Positions 47,092 through 60,700 of a stretch of DNA of 64,000 nucleotides are shown here, piece after piece (position 1 is the stretch's first letter; the number at the start of each line of letters is the position of its first letter). Source of the DNA: the human T2T-CHM13v2.0 reference genome, Homo sapiens. The notes beneath the pieces are model-generated. The model had not been told where the DNA came from and did not search any database. It saw only the letters and a program-made list of their open reading frames with translations. The position numbers and the translations under genes are program-made. Location of the stretch: the NCBI RefSeq assembly GCF_009914755.1, contig NC_060927.1; one strand, written 5' to 3'.

Positions 47092-47303
47092 TCCATAAGG
47101 AAGGGAACAATATACACTGGGACCTACTTGATGGAGGAGGGTGGGAGGAGGGTGAGGATTGGGAAACTACCTATCAGGTATTGTGCTCATTACTTGGGTG
47201 ACAAAATAATCTGTACACCAAATCCCCACAACACGCAAATTGCCCAGTAACAAAGCTGTGCATGTTCCTCCTTGAACATAAAATAAAAGTTTGAAAGAAA
47301 AAA
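47092..47303 (+). mobile_element. Short L1PA15/16-like 3'UTR
   Basis: gggtgggaggagggtgaggattgggaaactacctatc. TSD aaatcttatgt on both sides. Confidence 0.9.
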
Positions 47304-47337
47304 ATCTTATGTGTAATCTTTATTTTTCAAAAAAGGA

Positions 47338-47939
47338 TATTTGTTTTTGTTGCTATATAACAAATTAACACACACTTAGAAACTTAAACAACACCCATAT
47401 ATTAGCCCAAAATTCTGGAGGACACAAATCTGGACATGGAATGGCTAGATTCTTTCCTTAGAGCCTCATAAGGTCAAAGTCTAGGTGTGGGCCAGGGAGT
47501 TTTCTCATCTAAAGCTCAAGATCCTCTTCCAGGATCATATGGTTGTTGAGAATTTACTTCCCTGTGCTTGTGAGACTGAGGTTCTTGCTTCCTTGCCAGC
47601 TATCTGCTGAGAGACATAAGGCTGCAGATGCGACTCCCATCATTCCCACATCACCCTCTTCATCTTCAAAGTCAGTAACGGAGATTCTACCTCATGTCAA
47701 ATTCTTGTCATACTTCTAATCACTTTTAAAGTTTCATATTATTATCTATGACCGCCACTGATAATCTTTCTCACTTTCTTTCTTAATCAACTGTGCTGTC
47801 TAATGTAATCAAATCCCAGGAGTGGTTCTTCATTATTTCCACAGTGTAGGCCCACTCACAAAGGGGTGAGGAGACTATATAGTGTTTATAATTAGCAGGC
47901 ACAAATATTGGTGACAAATTTGGAATTTTGCCTACCATA
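47338..47939 (-). mobile_element. MLT1 (MLT1E-like) solo LTR
   Basis: ttgctatataacaaatta.cac.cacttag..acttaaacaacacc ... gaattttgcctaccata. Confidence 0.85.
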
Positions 47940-49384
47940 AACAGATATAACCTTGATATTTAATCAATATATAAATTTTATAAAAATGATTTATATAAGT
48001 AGCTTTATTTACCTAAACACAATATGATTGCTGTACAATAGGCAATAAAATATTCAAGCAGTAAATAGCATCCTAATTTTACAGATGTATAACTTATACA
48101 TAGATTGTTAAAGTCTTAGAGGACAAGTTAATCATAAATTGCATCATTCTCAGCTACTGGTAAAAGTTTCTCAAATAGGTAAAATTTGCAGTTCAAGGTA
48201 TTTGTATATGCATTTCATTTATCATTGAATGAGTACTTACAGTTATTTAATTAACATCCAGGAGATAACCAGTTTGCTTAGTAATCAAATTTAAATGAGA
48301 TTTAATTTTATAATTAGATTATAATTTATACATTAAATGTGTAGTGATAAACTGTTACCTGTTTATAAAGCATGGAAGTAGGGCAAATGTTTTTAAGCTA
48401 ATCAGCCATATGAAGAGAACTTAATATATTTTTGCTTTATAAGGGTTTAGTCTTTCATTTAATTGAAAGGGAACCAGTTCTACCTGCAACCAATTGAAAT
48501 TTAGTTTGTTGGGCTATAAATAACATCCAGAGAAGGAAGACCTAGCATTTTGCCCCACTTTACCATTTACTAGCTATATGTCCCTGGCAAGATTTTCTGC
48601 AAGATATCTTTTTGATTACTCTTTTCAAAACATCCTAGAATTGTTCCTATCAACGTATACACACTTTTCATCCCCCTCAAATTCTTTACCATCACCATCT
48701 ATCTTGAGATTTCTATGACTAAACTCCTGACTCCTATGTATGTTGTTCACAGCACAAAGTCATCTTCCACACTCTAATCTCCATGCTGTTGTGGGCACTT
48801 CTCATTCTAACTTGATCTCTCACCCTTTTCTCAGCTTTGAAGCCCTACACTTGGCTCTAAAACTCAACAACTGTTGTAGGAAAAATCCTTTCTTTCGTCA
48901 GACTCTGGCTAGTTTTTTTCCCTTTTTGCTCCAATTTAAAATCAACTTTCCCTGAGGACACTGCCTGATGGGCCTCTCAAATGGTGGATGATCTTTGTCC
49001 TTGGACTTCTGATAATGCTAGGCCTTCAGGTATTGTAGGTTTCTTCCTTCTCATTGCTACTTTCAGATTTTCCTTCAGTTCTTTCTCTGCAACTCCCTGG
49101 ATTTTAGCAACTTTTTTTTTAGGATTCTATTTTAATCTTCCTAGTTGTATTTTATTACTGACTGCTAAATCAGTCTTTTCTCTTGAACATTTTTTTTCTG
49201 CAATATTGTCCCCCTTTTCTGCAGTGAAACTCCTATTTTAACTCTTAATTCTTATATTTTAGTGTGTAGAAACATTCAGTGGAACTTCCAAGAAAATTGT
49301 AGAACACACTGAAAATAAGGGATCTCTCTAGAAACTGTATGTAGTTTGGTTTAGGTGTATGATAAGTAATACATTATTATAAGC

Positions 49385-49665
49385 CTCTTAACAACAGAGG
49401 GAAAGCATCTTACCTATAGAGGAGCAAAGACGAGAATTACATCTGGCTTCTCCTCGGAAACCATGAAAGCAAAAAGATACTGGAGGAAAATATCTAAAAT
49501 GTTCTGAGAGAGAAAGGGAAGAAAAGAAAACAATGTAAAATGTTGTATCTTACAAAATTATCCTTCAAACATGAAGGTGAAATATTTTCTCAGACAATTG
49601 AAAATTAAGGGAATTTGTTGTCAGTAGGCCTGCCTTGAAAGAAATGTTAAAAGACTTTATTTAGA
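49385..49665 (+). mobile_element. L1MC/MD ORF1 fragment
   Basis: cttacctatagaggagcaaaga.gagaattacatc..cttctcctc.gaaaccatg; aaattatccttcaaa; gggaatttgttg.cagtag.cctgccttg. Confidence 0.8.
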
Positions 49666-49669
49666 AGAG

Positions 49670-49830
49670 AAAAGCCAACAAATGCAGGCAGACTCTAGAA
49701 TTATTAGAAGGGTCAAAGAAAATGATATTCTCCTACCACCACCAGAAGGAATGCAGCCCTGACAACATCTTGGTGTTAGAACTTCTGAGCCCCAGAATTG
49801 TAAGAGAATAGATTAGCATTTGTTTAAGAG
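49670..49830 (+). mobile_element. MLT1 (C/D-like) LTR fragment
   Basis: ccagaaggaatgcagccctg...acttctga.ccccagaattgtaagagaata. Confidence 0.75.
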
Positions 49831-50109
49831 GAGAAAATATTAAGAGTTTAACATAAAGGAAATCTTAATAGTAACAAAAAGTGAGTACTTTTCATCACTG
49901 TAGAAGCCTAGAAAAAAATGGGCAACCCAGTAGCAATAGCACTTCTATTATTAGTACAAAAATTTCAATTTTGAAAAGTATAATTTCTCATTGTTAGTAA
50001 ACAAGATTCCTTAGAGAGATAGCTGATTTCATTTATGAGAAAGGAAATGGATATGAAGAGCCTGCAACACATTGTCCTAACAGAAAGCTGTGAACTATAT
50101 ATATATTTC

Positions 50110-50286
50110 ACACACATTGTGAAATGGCTATATCAGGCTAATTACATAAAGTATGTACTGCCTCACATATTTATTTTTGTGATGAGAACCTTTACAATTT
50201 ACTCAGTAATTGTCAAGGATACATTTTTATTAATATAGTCACCAAGTTGTACAATAGATATCCTGTACATGTATATAGATCTCTTG
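50110..50286 (-). mobile_element. L1MA 3'UTR fragment (probable local copy of 52165-52322)
   Basis: Shares distinctive strings with 52165-52322: gctatatca, actgcctcacatatttat, gaaccttta and tactcagtaatt.tcaaggatacatttt. Confidence 0.8.
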
Positions 50287-51284
50287 TACATGTATATAAT
50301 ATATATGTATATATTTATATACATTTATTTAAAACATATACATATGTGTGTGTATGTGTGCTATATATATGCATATATATGCTAAGATTTTTCTCCAGAG
50401 AACTCAGGAATCAATAAGAAGATTTCCCACTTGTCAAAGATTTAAACACCCAAGCATCAATAAGAATAACAACCATGGTGAGTTAATCATATCAAATATA
50501 TTAAAATCTAGAAGATCATACATATATTTTTAAAAGGAATTGTTATTTGATGATCTTCAGAGGATGAAAGGAATTAAAACATAACTTTTGTGACTGGAAC
50601 AAAAAAAGAAATATTCAGGCACTTTTTCTGATTTTTTTATATGAAATTTCCCTTAAGGTAACCACATAACTAATGAGGGAGATTTTTTATTTCATAAAGT
50701 GGTCTACCTAGAAATGCAAGATAGAGCTAAAATATTGCCATTTTATCTGTCAACCAGTTGGAAACAGAAGAAAACTTTAATACGATTTAAACCTGAAATG
50801 TAATGCTAACATCATATTTACTGATGAACTATTCTTGCTCCCTAAAATCAGGAGCAAGCAAAAGTGTTTAAAACTTCTCTTCAACGTTATAATTTAGGTT
50901 CTAGCAAATTCAGCGGGGTAAATAAAAGGCATAAATATTGGGAAAAGATGGAGATGTTCTTTTCTGTAAATCAATATACTTTTCTTAAAATTATAGGTTA
51001 GCAATAATTGAAAAATTAAATTTAAAAATATCATTTCTAGTGGCATCAAATACTTTTAATACCAAACAATAAATTCCACAAAAAATGCATAAGATATTTT
51101 TACTAAGAACTACAACACATTGCTTGGAAAGACTAGTGAAGACCTAAATAATAATATATAATGTGTTTATTAATTGGAAGACTCAATAATGTTAGGTTGT
51201 CAATCTTCTTCTAAATTAATAATTGTATTTAAATGGACAACAAATTGTATGCATTTATTATATACATCATGGTGTTTTGAAATA

Positions 51285-52160
51285 CAGCCATGAGCTCCAT
51301 AATGATCTTTTTGTCAACAACAGACATATGTACAATAGGTTTTTCAGGAAGTATTCCAGAAGAAGGCATTGTTACCATAAGACATGACAGATCCATGCGT
51401 GTTACTGCCCCTGAAGACTTTCGGTAGGCTAAGATGTGAAGGCGGAAGACAGTGATATTTATCCTGACCCTGTGGAAGCCTAGGCTGATATATGTGTTTG
51501 TGTCTTAGGTTTTAACAGAAATGTTTAAAAACTAAAAAATAAAATAAAAATTTTTAAAATTGAAAAAATGCTTATGGAATAAGTATATAAAGAAAGAAAA
51601 TATTTTTATACAGCTCTACAATATGCTTGTGTTTTAGGCTAAATGTTATTACAAAAGAGTCAAGAAGTTTTGAAAATTTTATAAGGTAAGAATGTTGCCA
51701 TTAGCTAAGGTTATTAGTGAAGAAATTATTTTTTAAATAAATTTAGTGGAGCTTAAGTGAATAGCCTTTGTAAGTCTACAGTATGTCCTAAGCCTTCATG
51801 TTCACTGGCCACTCACTCACTGACTCACTCAGTACAACTTTCAATTCTGCAAGTTCTTTTCACGATAAGTGTCCTATACAGCTATACATTGTGTTTACCT
51901 TCTATACCATATTTTTATGGTACATTTTCTATTTTTAGCTATGTTTAGATACACAAATACTTGCCATTGTGTTTCAGTTACCTACAGTATTAACTAAAGT
52001 AACATGCAGTACAGATTTTAGCCTAGGAGCAATAGACTATACGATATAACCTACATCTGTAGTAGGCTGTCATATATGTTTGTGTAAGTGTACTCTCAAC
52101 AAAATTGCCTAATGAGACATTTCTACAAATGTATTTCTGTTGTTAAATGTTGCATGACTG
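51285..52160. mobile_element. Tigger3 (Golem) deletion derivative, Tigger3b-like
   Basis: Ends cagccatg / catgactg with TA TSDs (51283-84, 52161-62). Internal tattccagaagaaggcattgtt and ttagatacacaaatactt.ccattgtgtt. Confidence 0.92.
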
Positions 52161-53740
52161 TAATGTACACATTGTGAAATCGCTATATCAATCTAATTCA
52201 AGTATCCACTGCCTCACATATTTATCATGCTTGTGATGGGAACCTTTAAAATCTACTCAGTAATTTTCAAGGATACATTTTTATTAACTGTAGTCATCAT
52301 GTTGTACAATAGGTCCCTTGAACCTATTCCTCCTATCTTACTGAAATTTTGAATCCTTTGATCGGTATCTTCCCAACCCTCTGCCCCACAGCTCCTGGTG
52401 ATCACCATTCTACTTCCTGCTTTAGTGAGTTCAACATTGTTAGATTCCACATATATGTGAGATCATGCAGTATTTGTCTTTCTGTATCTAGCTTACATCA
52501 CTTAATCCAGTGTCCCTAAGTTCATCCTTGTTGTCACAAATGACAGAATTTCTTTTTAAATGCAAAATAGTATTTCGTTGTGTGTATATAACACATTTTC
52601 TTCATTCATCCATTAATGAGCACTTAGTTTGTTTTTGTGTGTTGGCTATTGTGAATAATGTAATGAGAATAAGAATGCAGATATCTATTCAACATAATGA
52701 ATTCATTTCCTTTGGCTATAACTCAGTAGTAGAATTGCTGAATCACATGTTAGTTCTAATTTTAATTTTTTGAGGAAATTTTAAACTGTTTACCCTGTCT
52801 GTACTAATTTTCATTCTCATCAAGAGTACGCAGGGGTTTTCTTTTCTCCATATTCTCTCTTACACTTGTTATCTGTAGTCTTTTTGATAATGGCTAGTTT
52901 AACAGGTGTGATGAAATAACTCATTATGGCTTTAGATGATTAGTAATTGTGAGCATTTTTTTCATATACTTGTTGGCAACTTGTACGTCTTTTGAGAAAT
53001 GCCTATTCAGATTCTTTGCCGATTTCTATTCAGGGTTTCCTTGTTTTCTTTCTATAAAGTTGCTTGATTTCCTTATATATTTTAGATATTGATCCCTTAT
53101 CAGATGAATGGTTTGCATATATTTTTCTCATTTCATTCGTTGTCTCTTAATTCTGTTGATTGTTTCTTCTGCTGTGCAGAAGGTTTTTAGTTTGATGTAA
53201 TCCCATTTGTCAATTTTTCTTTTGTTGCTTATGCTTCTGGGGTCACACCTCCCAAAAAAATCATCGCCCAGACCAATATCATAGACCTTTTCCCGTTTTT
53301 TTCTGGTAATTTTAGAATTCCATGTCTTATTAAGACTTTAACCCATTTCGAGTTGACTTTTGTAAATTATGTCAGATAAGAGTACAACTTCATTCCCCTT
53401 TATGTGGCTATTCAGTTTTTATACCACCACTTATTGAGGAGACTCATTTCCCCGTTATGTGGTCTTGACAATTTTGTCAGAAACCAATTGCATGTAAATA
53501 TGTGGATTTCTTGCTAACCTCTCAATTCTGTTCCATTTTTTATGGTTCTATTTATAACATTATTGTGACGTTTTTATTACTAAAACTTTGCAGTATACTA
53601 TGACATCAGATAGAGTGATTCCTCTAGCTTCCTTTTCTTTTGGATCAATATTACTTTTGCTATTCCATGTAAATTTTGTAATTCCACATATATTTTAGGA
53701 TAGCTTTTTGTATGTATGTGGAAAATTCCATGCTAGAGAT

Positions 53741-53834
53741 AGTAATTTTCTTGAATATGTAGATTGCTTTCCATAGCATGAACATTCAGTAATTTTCTTG
53801 AATATGCAGATTGCTTTCCATAGCATGAACATTC
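53741..53834. repeat. Tandem duplication, 47-bp unit x2
   Basis: agtaattttcttgaatatg(t/c)agattgctttccatagcatgaacattc twice, 46/47 identical. Confidence 0.97.
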
Positions 53835-56628
53835 TAACAATATTATACTTCCTTCCAGTATGTTGACATCTATTTATGTGTTCCTCAATTTCTTTCATCA
53901 AGGTTTTATAGTTTCAGTGTAAGGTTTTTCTCCTCTTTGGTTAAATTTATTCCTGAAAATTTAACATTTTATAGCTATTATAAATAGAATTGTTTTCCTG
54001 AATCAATTTCTTTAACCAGTTTTTGTTAATTTGCTGTTAGTGTGTAGAATGCTACCAATATTTGTATGCTGATTTCATATCCTGCAACTTTACTCAATTT
54101 TTTTATTAGTTCTAACAGTTTTTTAATAGTCATTAGGTTATTTCGTAATAAGATTATGTCATCTGCAAAAGAAAATTTTAATTCATTTCCTATTTAGATG
54201 TCTTTTTTTTTTCTCGTGTCATGCAACCTCATGCAGCCAACATAGTACTGGAAGTCCTAGCCAGAACAATTATACAAGAGGTTGCCTGCAACAGTAGACA
54301 GAAGATCATCTATCTATCTATATAATATACATATAAATTATATTTATAATAAAATAAAATGTATATTATATATAATAATATATTACTTTCAGCTAATTAA
54401 AGTATGCACTGCCTCACATATTTATCATTTTTGTGGTGAGAACCTTTCAGACCATATGTGTGTCCTTATGGGTAAGACTCTTGTAGTCAGCTTCTCATTG
54501 GATCTTTTTTTCTTTTTTTTGTACTATTCAGCTACACTATGTCTTATTTGGAAACTTAATTTATTTACATTCAAGGTAATTATTGATAGGTAAGGACTTA
54601 ACTACTGCCATTTTCTTAATTGTGTTTTGATTGTTTATTAGGTTCTTTGTTCCTTTCTCTCTTTCTGTCTTCATTTGTGATTGATTTTTTTCTGGTGTTA
54701 CACTTTGATTAACTCTTATCTGTCTTTTGTGTAGCTATAATATATTTTAGTTTTGTGGTTGCCATGAGACTTACATAAAACATTTTATAGTTATAACAGG
54801 CTATTTTAAATTGATAACAGCTTAATTTTGATTGCATAGAAAACTACTTTTACTCCACCCCCATCTACAAACATTTTAGGTATCCCTCAGTAAATTATTG
54901 TAGCTATTATTTTAATAGTTTTGTCTTTTTTATTGTAGGTATTATTATTTTAATAGTTTTGTCTTTTGATCTTAATATTAAGTTTATAAGTGATTTACGC
55001 AATCCCATTACAATATTTGAGTATTCTGAGCTAACAGACTCAGTTTGCAATTACTGGCCTGGACCTGGGGACATGGAAGCCTTCCCAGCACTGGGTGAAA
55101 ACCCAGTTTTAAATCCCAGCACTGGGTTAAAACCTACTGGAGTAGGCCTGGTTTTGAGACCTGAGGCAAAGTCTCATGCTCACTTCCCTCTCCTTTTTTA
55201 AAGACGAAGGTATCTCTCTTCATGCTGTGCTGCCTGGGATTAGAGAAGGAGTGACTGGGTAATGTAAAACTGGCCTTCCTACTTTCTTTAATTTATTTTT
55301 CTTATTTTGGTTTTACTCCGAGGTGCTGTCATCTCTCACCTGATTTTCATAACTTTTGTGAAGATACATTCCTGCATGGGTAGTTGTTCAAGTTGTTGTT
55401 TCTTCAGGGCAAGGAGTGCTAAAAAGTTCTATTCTGCCATCTTGACCTTTACTAAATTTAAATAATACCTTAATAAAGAGGTTGAGATTAACAAAACATT
55501 CTTCTTCACTTAGAAAAGTTAAAAGAACAAAAGATACACATAAAAAAGAATATCACCATTTTTGCAAACCTCTATAATGTGGGTCTACCAATAATTCTAA
55601 TGTTTCATAATACATTAACTAACATTATTAAGAGAAAATGAACTGTATATTAATAATCTCGTGTTAAAAAACATGATAGCATCATTGAAGGGTTTTTTGG
55701 CAAAACACAGAACTTTCATATGTTTTAACTTCTAGATCTAGCTAACAGATTACAAAAGATACATTAGGAAGTCATGTTTCACAAGAAGAATGCAATAAGC
55801 AATAATGAAAACTTAAAACTATTCTAGCGCATATACAATCTATTTCTTTCAAGGATGAATTATACAAAAATCAAAGAGGGTTGGGGTACCCATACATGAA
55901 AAGACATTTAGGATACATTTTAATCACATGCAATATGTAAACCTTTTTATATTATGGAAAGCTTTTGGGTACTATAGAGTATATGTGTTGCACAGATAGT
56001 TAGCATTGTATATATGCATACCTATGTATGTATTAATATTGATAATGTATATTAATAGATAATTTAAATTTTAAAATATGGTACAATGAGACAATAGGAA
56101 TTGGCAACAGTTTAAATACAAACAAGTAAAAAACAGTTTTATGGTTATAGATATATAGAATATTCCATTCTAGGTATAAATGCCTCAGATAATTAGTATA
56201 AACAAAAATCTGTTTTTGCACGTAGAATAGATATACATTGGTAAACTCAGTTTATGTATGTGCAGGCTTTTTATAAACTAAATATTTGCATAGAATATTA
56301 AAGGCCTAATGTTAATTATAAGAATGTCAAGCAGACTTAACTCTTTTCTTTATTAGCTAATAATTGCCTTAATAAAGAATAGAAGTATGATTGCTTAGGT
56401 ATTTTCATATAGATTTCTATTCAGTTTTCTTCCAATTTAATGAAGTAAAGTGTCCATGCTAATTGCCTATATCTTTCTTGCCCTAATCTTTAAAAATTTC
56501 TGGTAGATAAAATAAGGTTTGCAAAAGCAGTAAGTCGATATATCTGTGTGAAAAGACAGAGAAGGGCAGACAATTGAAAATTAGTGGTGATGTTCTTTCC
56601 TAAGAAGATGATTTTTACCAATGCATAC

Positions 56629-57012
56629 TGATATCGTTTGGCTGTGTTCCTCTCCCTAAAATCTCATCTTGAATTGCAATCCCCATAATCTGCCCCATGT
56701 CAAGGAAGAGACCAGGTGGAGGTAATTGAAATATTTGGGTGGTTCCTTCATACTGTTCTCATGATAGTGAGTGAGTTTTCACAGGATCTGATGGTTTTAT
56801 ATGTATGGTAGTTCCTTTTGCATTCATTCTCCTTCCTGCTATCTTGTGAAGAAGGTGCCTTGCTTCCCCTTTCCCTTCCCCTTCCACCATGATTCTAAGT
56901 TTCCTGAGGCCTCCCCAGCCATGCTGAATTGTGAGTCAACTAAACCTCTCTCCTTTATAAATTACCCAGCATCGAGCAGTTATTTGTAGCAGTATGAAAA
57001 CAAACTAATAAA
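56629..57012 (+). mobile_element. THE1 (THE1D-like) solo LTR
   Basis: tgatat.gtttggctgtgt...aagtttcctgaggcctccccagccatg...aactaata. Perfect 5-bp TSD catac. Confidence 0.94.
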
Positions 57013-57477
57013 CATACACTCCTCCCTTCCTTGCACACACCACTTCTATTATGCTATCTAATCATACCAATTTGGGTAGCTATAAAATTGTGAAAGAGAT
57101 AAAACTGAAGATGATTAAGCAATGTTTTGGAGTAGTGCTGGGAGTAGTGTTGTCTTTCACACCATATGTATTCATTAAACTGTATGTTTTCAGGAAAGGT
57201 TAAGGCACTTTGGTGTTTGTCTTGTAAAATGCTTTTGGAAAGCAATGGTCGATAAAATCTCTTCATCCTCTACTGGGAAAGTGTCTTTTTCTTAACTGAT
57301 ATTTCTGCAAGGTCCCCATGAAGCAGGGTCCTGATATGATTAACACCAGAAACTGTTCCTTTCTAGCTGAATATAGAAGGTACCGAATGGAATTTAAGAT
57401 CAAAATTATATGCCCTAGCTAATACCTAGAATACAGCCACTGCATATTGTTAGAGTGGTATGCTTTAAAAGTTTAAG

Positions 57478-57738
57478 TTTTGGGAGGCCAAGGCGGGTGG
57501 ATCACAAGGTCAGCAGTTCAAGACCAATCTGGCCAACATGGTGCAACCCCATTTCTACTAAAAATACAAAAACTAGCCAGGCTTGGTGGTGGGCGCCTGT
57601 AATCCCAGCTACTAGGGAGGCTGAGGCAGAGAACTGCTTAATCCCGGGAGTTGGAGGTTGCTGTGAGCCAAGATCACGTCACAGTACTCCAGCCTGGGCA
57701 ACAGAGCAAGACTCGGTCTCAAAAAAAAAAAATAAAAA
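57478..57738 (+). mobile_element. 5'-truncated AluSg-like
   Basis: ggatcacaaggtcag (2-bp deletion form) with S-type downstream sequence. TSD-like aaaagtttaa / aaaagtctaa. Confidence 0.93.
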
Positions 57739-60700
57739 GTCTAATCTATATATTGGAATGATAAACATCCCTCAAGAATATTCAGAAAATGCACACACGT
57801 TTGTGCATGCACATGTACACACACATGCACATACACATATATCATCCTATTTCTAGAGAGGGATAGTCCAAAAGTTTTTCCATAAGTAACCTTTATATAA
57901 TCAAGCTTCTAAAACAAGTTGCTCAATATTTCAATAGATGATAGAAAAAAAATGAAAAATTCTGAATTTTTAATTTAAAAATTCAACCAGAAATGACACA
58001 CTTAGGTAAGAACACTTTTGAAGTGTGTGCTACCTAAGTGCCTTTCTTTGCCAGTAAAATCCTCAGCAATGCATTTTCATATTTTCCACTTCTGAGTACT
58101 GGTAACTTTCAATGATGACACTCATTACTATGTGTGTGCTTTAGTAACACATAAATTAAAGGGCTTACAGTATTTCTTGGTCTAAACTCTGTTTCATAGT
58201 ATGAGGCCATCTTTCAAAAAATAATAACCTTACTTTTAAAAGGTTTAATGCTCAGCCAATTTTAAAGTTAAAAAGGCAGGAATTAAATAATTTTCCCTAG
58301 GGAAATATACCTTGGCGAGAACTACTATGATTCTCATGTTCCCAATCTCCCTCCCTCATGTGCAAGATATTTTAAATGTATTTAAACATCCTAGGATCTA
58401 TTACATTTGTGCATTAAAACTAATCCAAAATTGAATTTCTATCTTCCAATTTAAAGTGAAGAAGTACATGGTATAAGTCACATTTACTATTAAAACTAAT
58501 ATAAAGCTATCAATTGTTTTCCTGGGTAGACATACCCAAATCCACTAGGATAATACTATATTGCTTAGATCTAATGACTTATCATTAGATTAATAAGCAG
58601 AGATTTTTATCCATCAGTCTCCTTTAAATTTGATTCACTTAATCTGTACTTCATTTTGGCAATACCTCTGCTATTCAAAGAGTTGGCAAAATCCTGGAAT
58701 ATAGACTCTTAGAGTTTAACTATAACATAGATGTGGATTGGCTCAAATATTTCTACATTTAAGAATTTCTTTTACAGATTCTGCCTCTAACTTAAATTTT
58801 AAATATTTTTATTAGCTGTAAACTAAAGTGATCAATAACATCACTTTAGTTTAAACCCACATCTGCTCATACACTATTTAAACAGCAGTGACATCCCTAA
58901 AACCTTATCACTATTTATGAGCCTTTATTGCATTAGTTCCAACATGCATGTAAACATCTTTCCTCCTCTCTACGTAGATGAATCTCCCAAGATCCAGTTT
59001 AAATACAGATTTATCTGTAAAATTGTTCTTTATTATTCTTATCCATGACATTCTCCCATTTCTGAATTCATTGTTAGCATGAGCCCTGACATCAAATAGT
59101 TAAAAATACCTTGTTGATTCAATGAAATCAAACTTCAAAAAATAACTAATGATATGAACTAGGGCCAAATGAGTGACATAAACCACAAGTGCATGTCTGA
59201 GGCAAGGAAAATCACCAGGAGTGGGCAATATCTGCGTTTTCTTGAAAAAAAAAGGCAACAGGGCCACAAAGAGAAATGCTGTCCATTTCATGAATAAGAA
59301 CAGAAAATGATACTTTTGTAAATGAATATAACAGTGAAAAAAAAATTACCATTACTCATTTCTAGAAAATTTATTAGGAAATGTACATAAGGACATAATA
59401 TGTTAACCATAACTTGTGAAACTAAAATATTTACCCCAAATCACCATGTTTCCTAAATTCTATCCTAAAATGACTTCAGAAAGATACCATTTCATGAACC
59501 AAATAAAACTAGATATAATTTAAATCATTGTTAAGTTGCAACAGTAGACTTTTTTTCTAATAGTAAGAACTTTTGTTGCCTTAAATGAATATTATGAACA
59601 GATCTATGTAGTGAGAAATTGCCTAGGTTTTCTTATCATCATTCAAAAAAGAAATAATCTGATTCTCTAGAGGAGAAAAGGGCATTTTGTCTCCTTACTA
59701 CAGCATGATAGAAATATTTCTTAAAGAACATCAAACTCCCTTTGGTCCAATTCGATACTTTCCAGGTAACAATAAGATCTACCATCTTTTTTTCTTTGAG
59801 TAGACATAGTCTACTCACTATCCAAGAAACTGGGTTAATTTCTTATGATCTACTCCAGTGAACAGAGCAGAATTGCCTGCTTAAAGTGAATAAGCAGGCA
59901 TTGTGTTTCATTAATCAATATCTTGTGAAATTGGTTCACTTGATTTGTACCTCATTTTGACAATATGTTTAAGTTAATGAAACAAAAATCTTAATATAAA
60001 ACACTTAGAATAACTATACCTTTCCTCATAGTGTTCCAAAAATAATACTTTAACTATTATAGTTTTTATCTTAAATTAACTGTTTGAAGTAATCCATAAC
60101 TAAAATATCAATAAATGTATTATTGGTAAAATATTCATAAGTATATTCAATAAATAATTAGAATTAATTTAAATCTGATTTAAAAGGAAAATTAATTATT
60201 AATGAGTTCAGAATTAACTTTTTGATAATTAAAACAATAAATTATTGTTAAGAAATATGGGGTAGATAAAAATTTTAAAGTATATTGCATGTTTAAATTT
60301 CTTAAATTAATTATAATGCTATATTGGCCTTTGTCCTCTATAACAAATTATATGATTACATGTATCGGTGTTAAAGATGAACTGAGTTGAAAATAAAAAT
60401 AGTTTTGAAAGTTAGATTTTTGTATATTTATTCTTAAAATGAACTAATTCCTTATAATTTATAACTTGCTTCTATGAAATAAAAAAGTAAAAAATTTTTG
60501 AATACCCTCAAGGTCTGTACTTCTCCAGTGATCTTCTAAACAAGGAACAAACCCAGCTGTTGCTAATTGTTGAGTTTTCAGAATAAATATTTCCTACATT
60601 AAATACCTCAAATCTTCTTTCATATAAAAAAAAACTTGGTCTGATGAAATTATCCATTTGCCATATCATCTCAGGCTTTTCAAAAATACACATATAAGCC

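Larger units (their letters stand above)
51218..55450 (-). mobile_element. L1MA (MA5-8-like), originally full length, with large internal deletions and a Tigger3 insertion
   Basis: Reverse 3'UTR at 51218-51284 and 52163-52500, ORF2 to ~54220, and EN/inter-ORF at 54450-55030. The 5'UTR ends at the YY1 motif gccatcttg (55436-55444). Confidence 0.85.
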
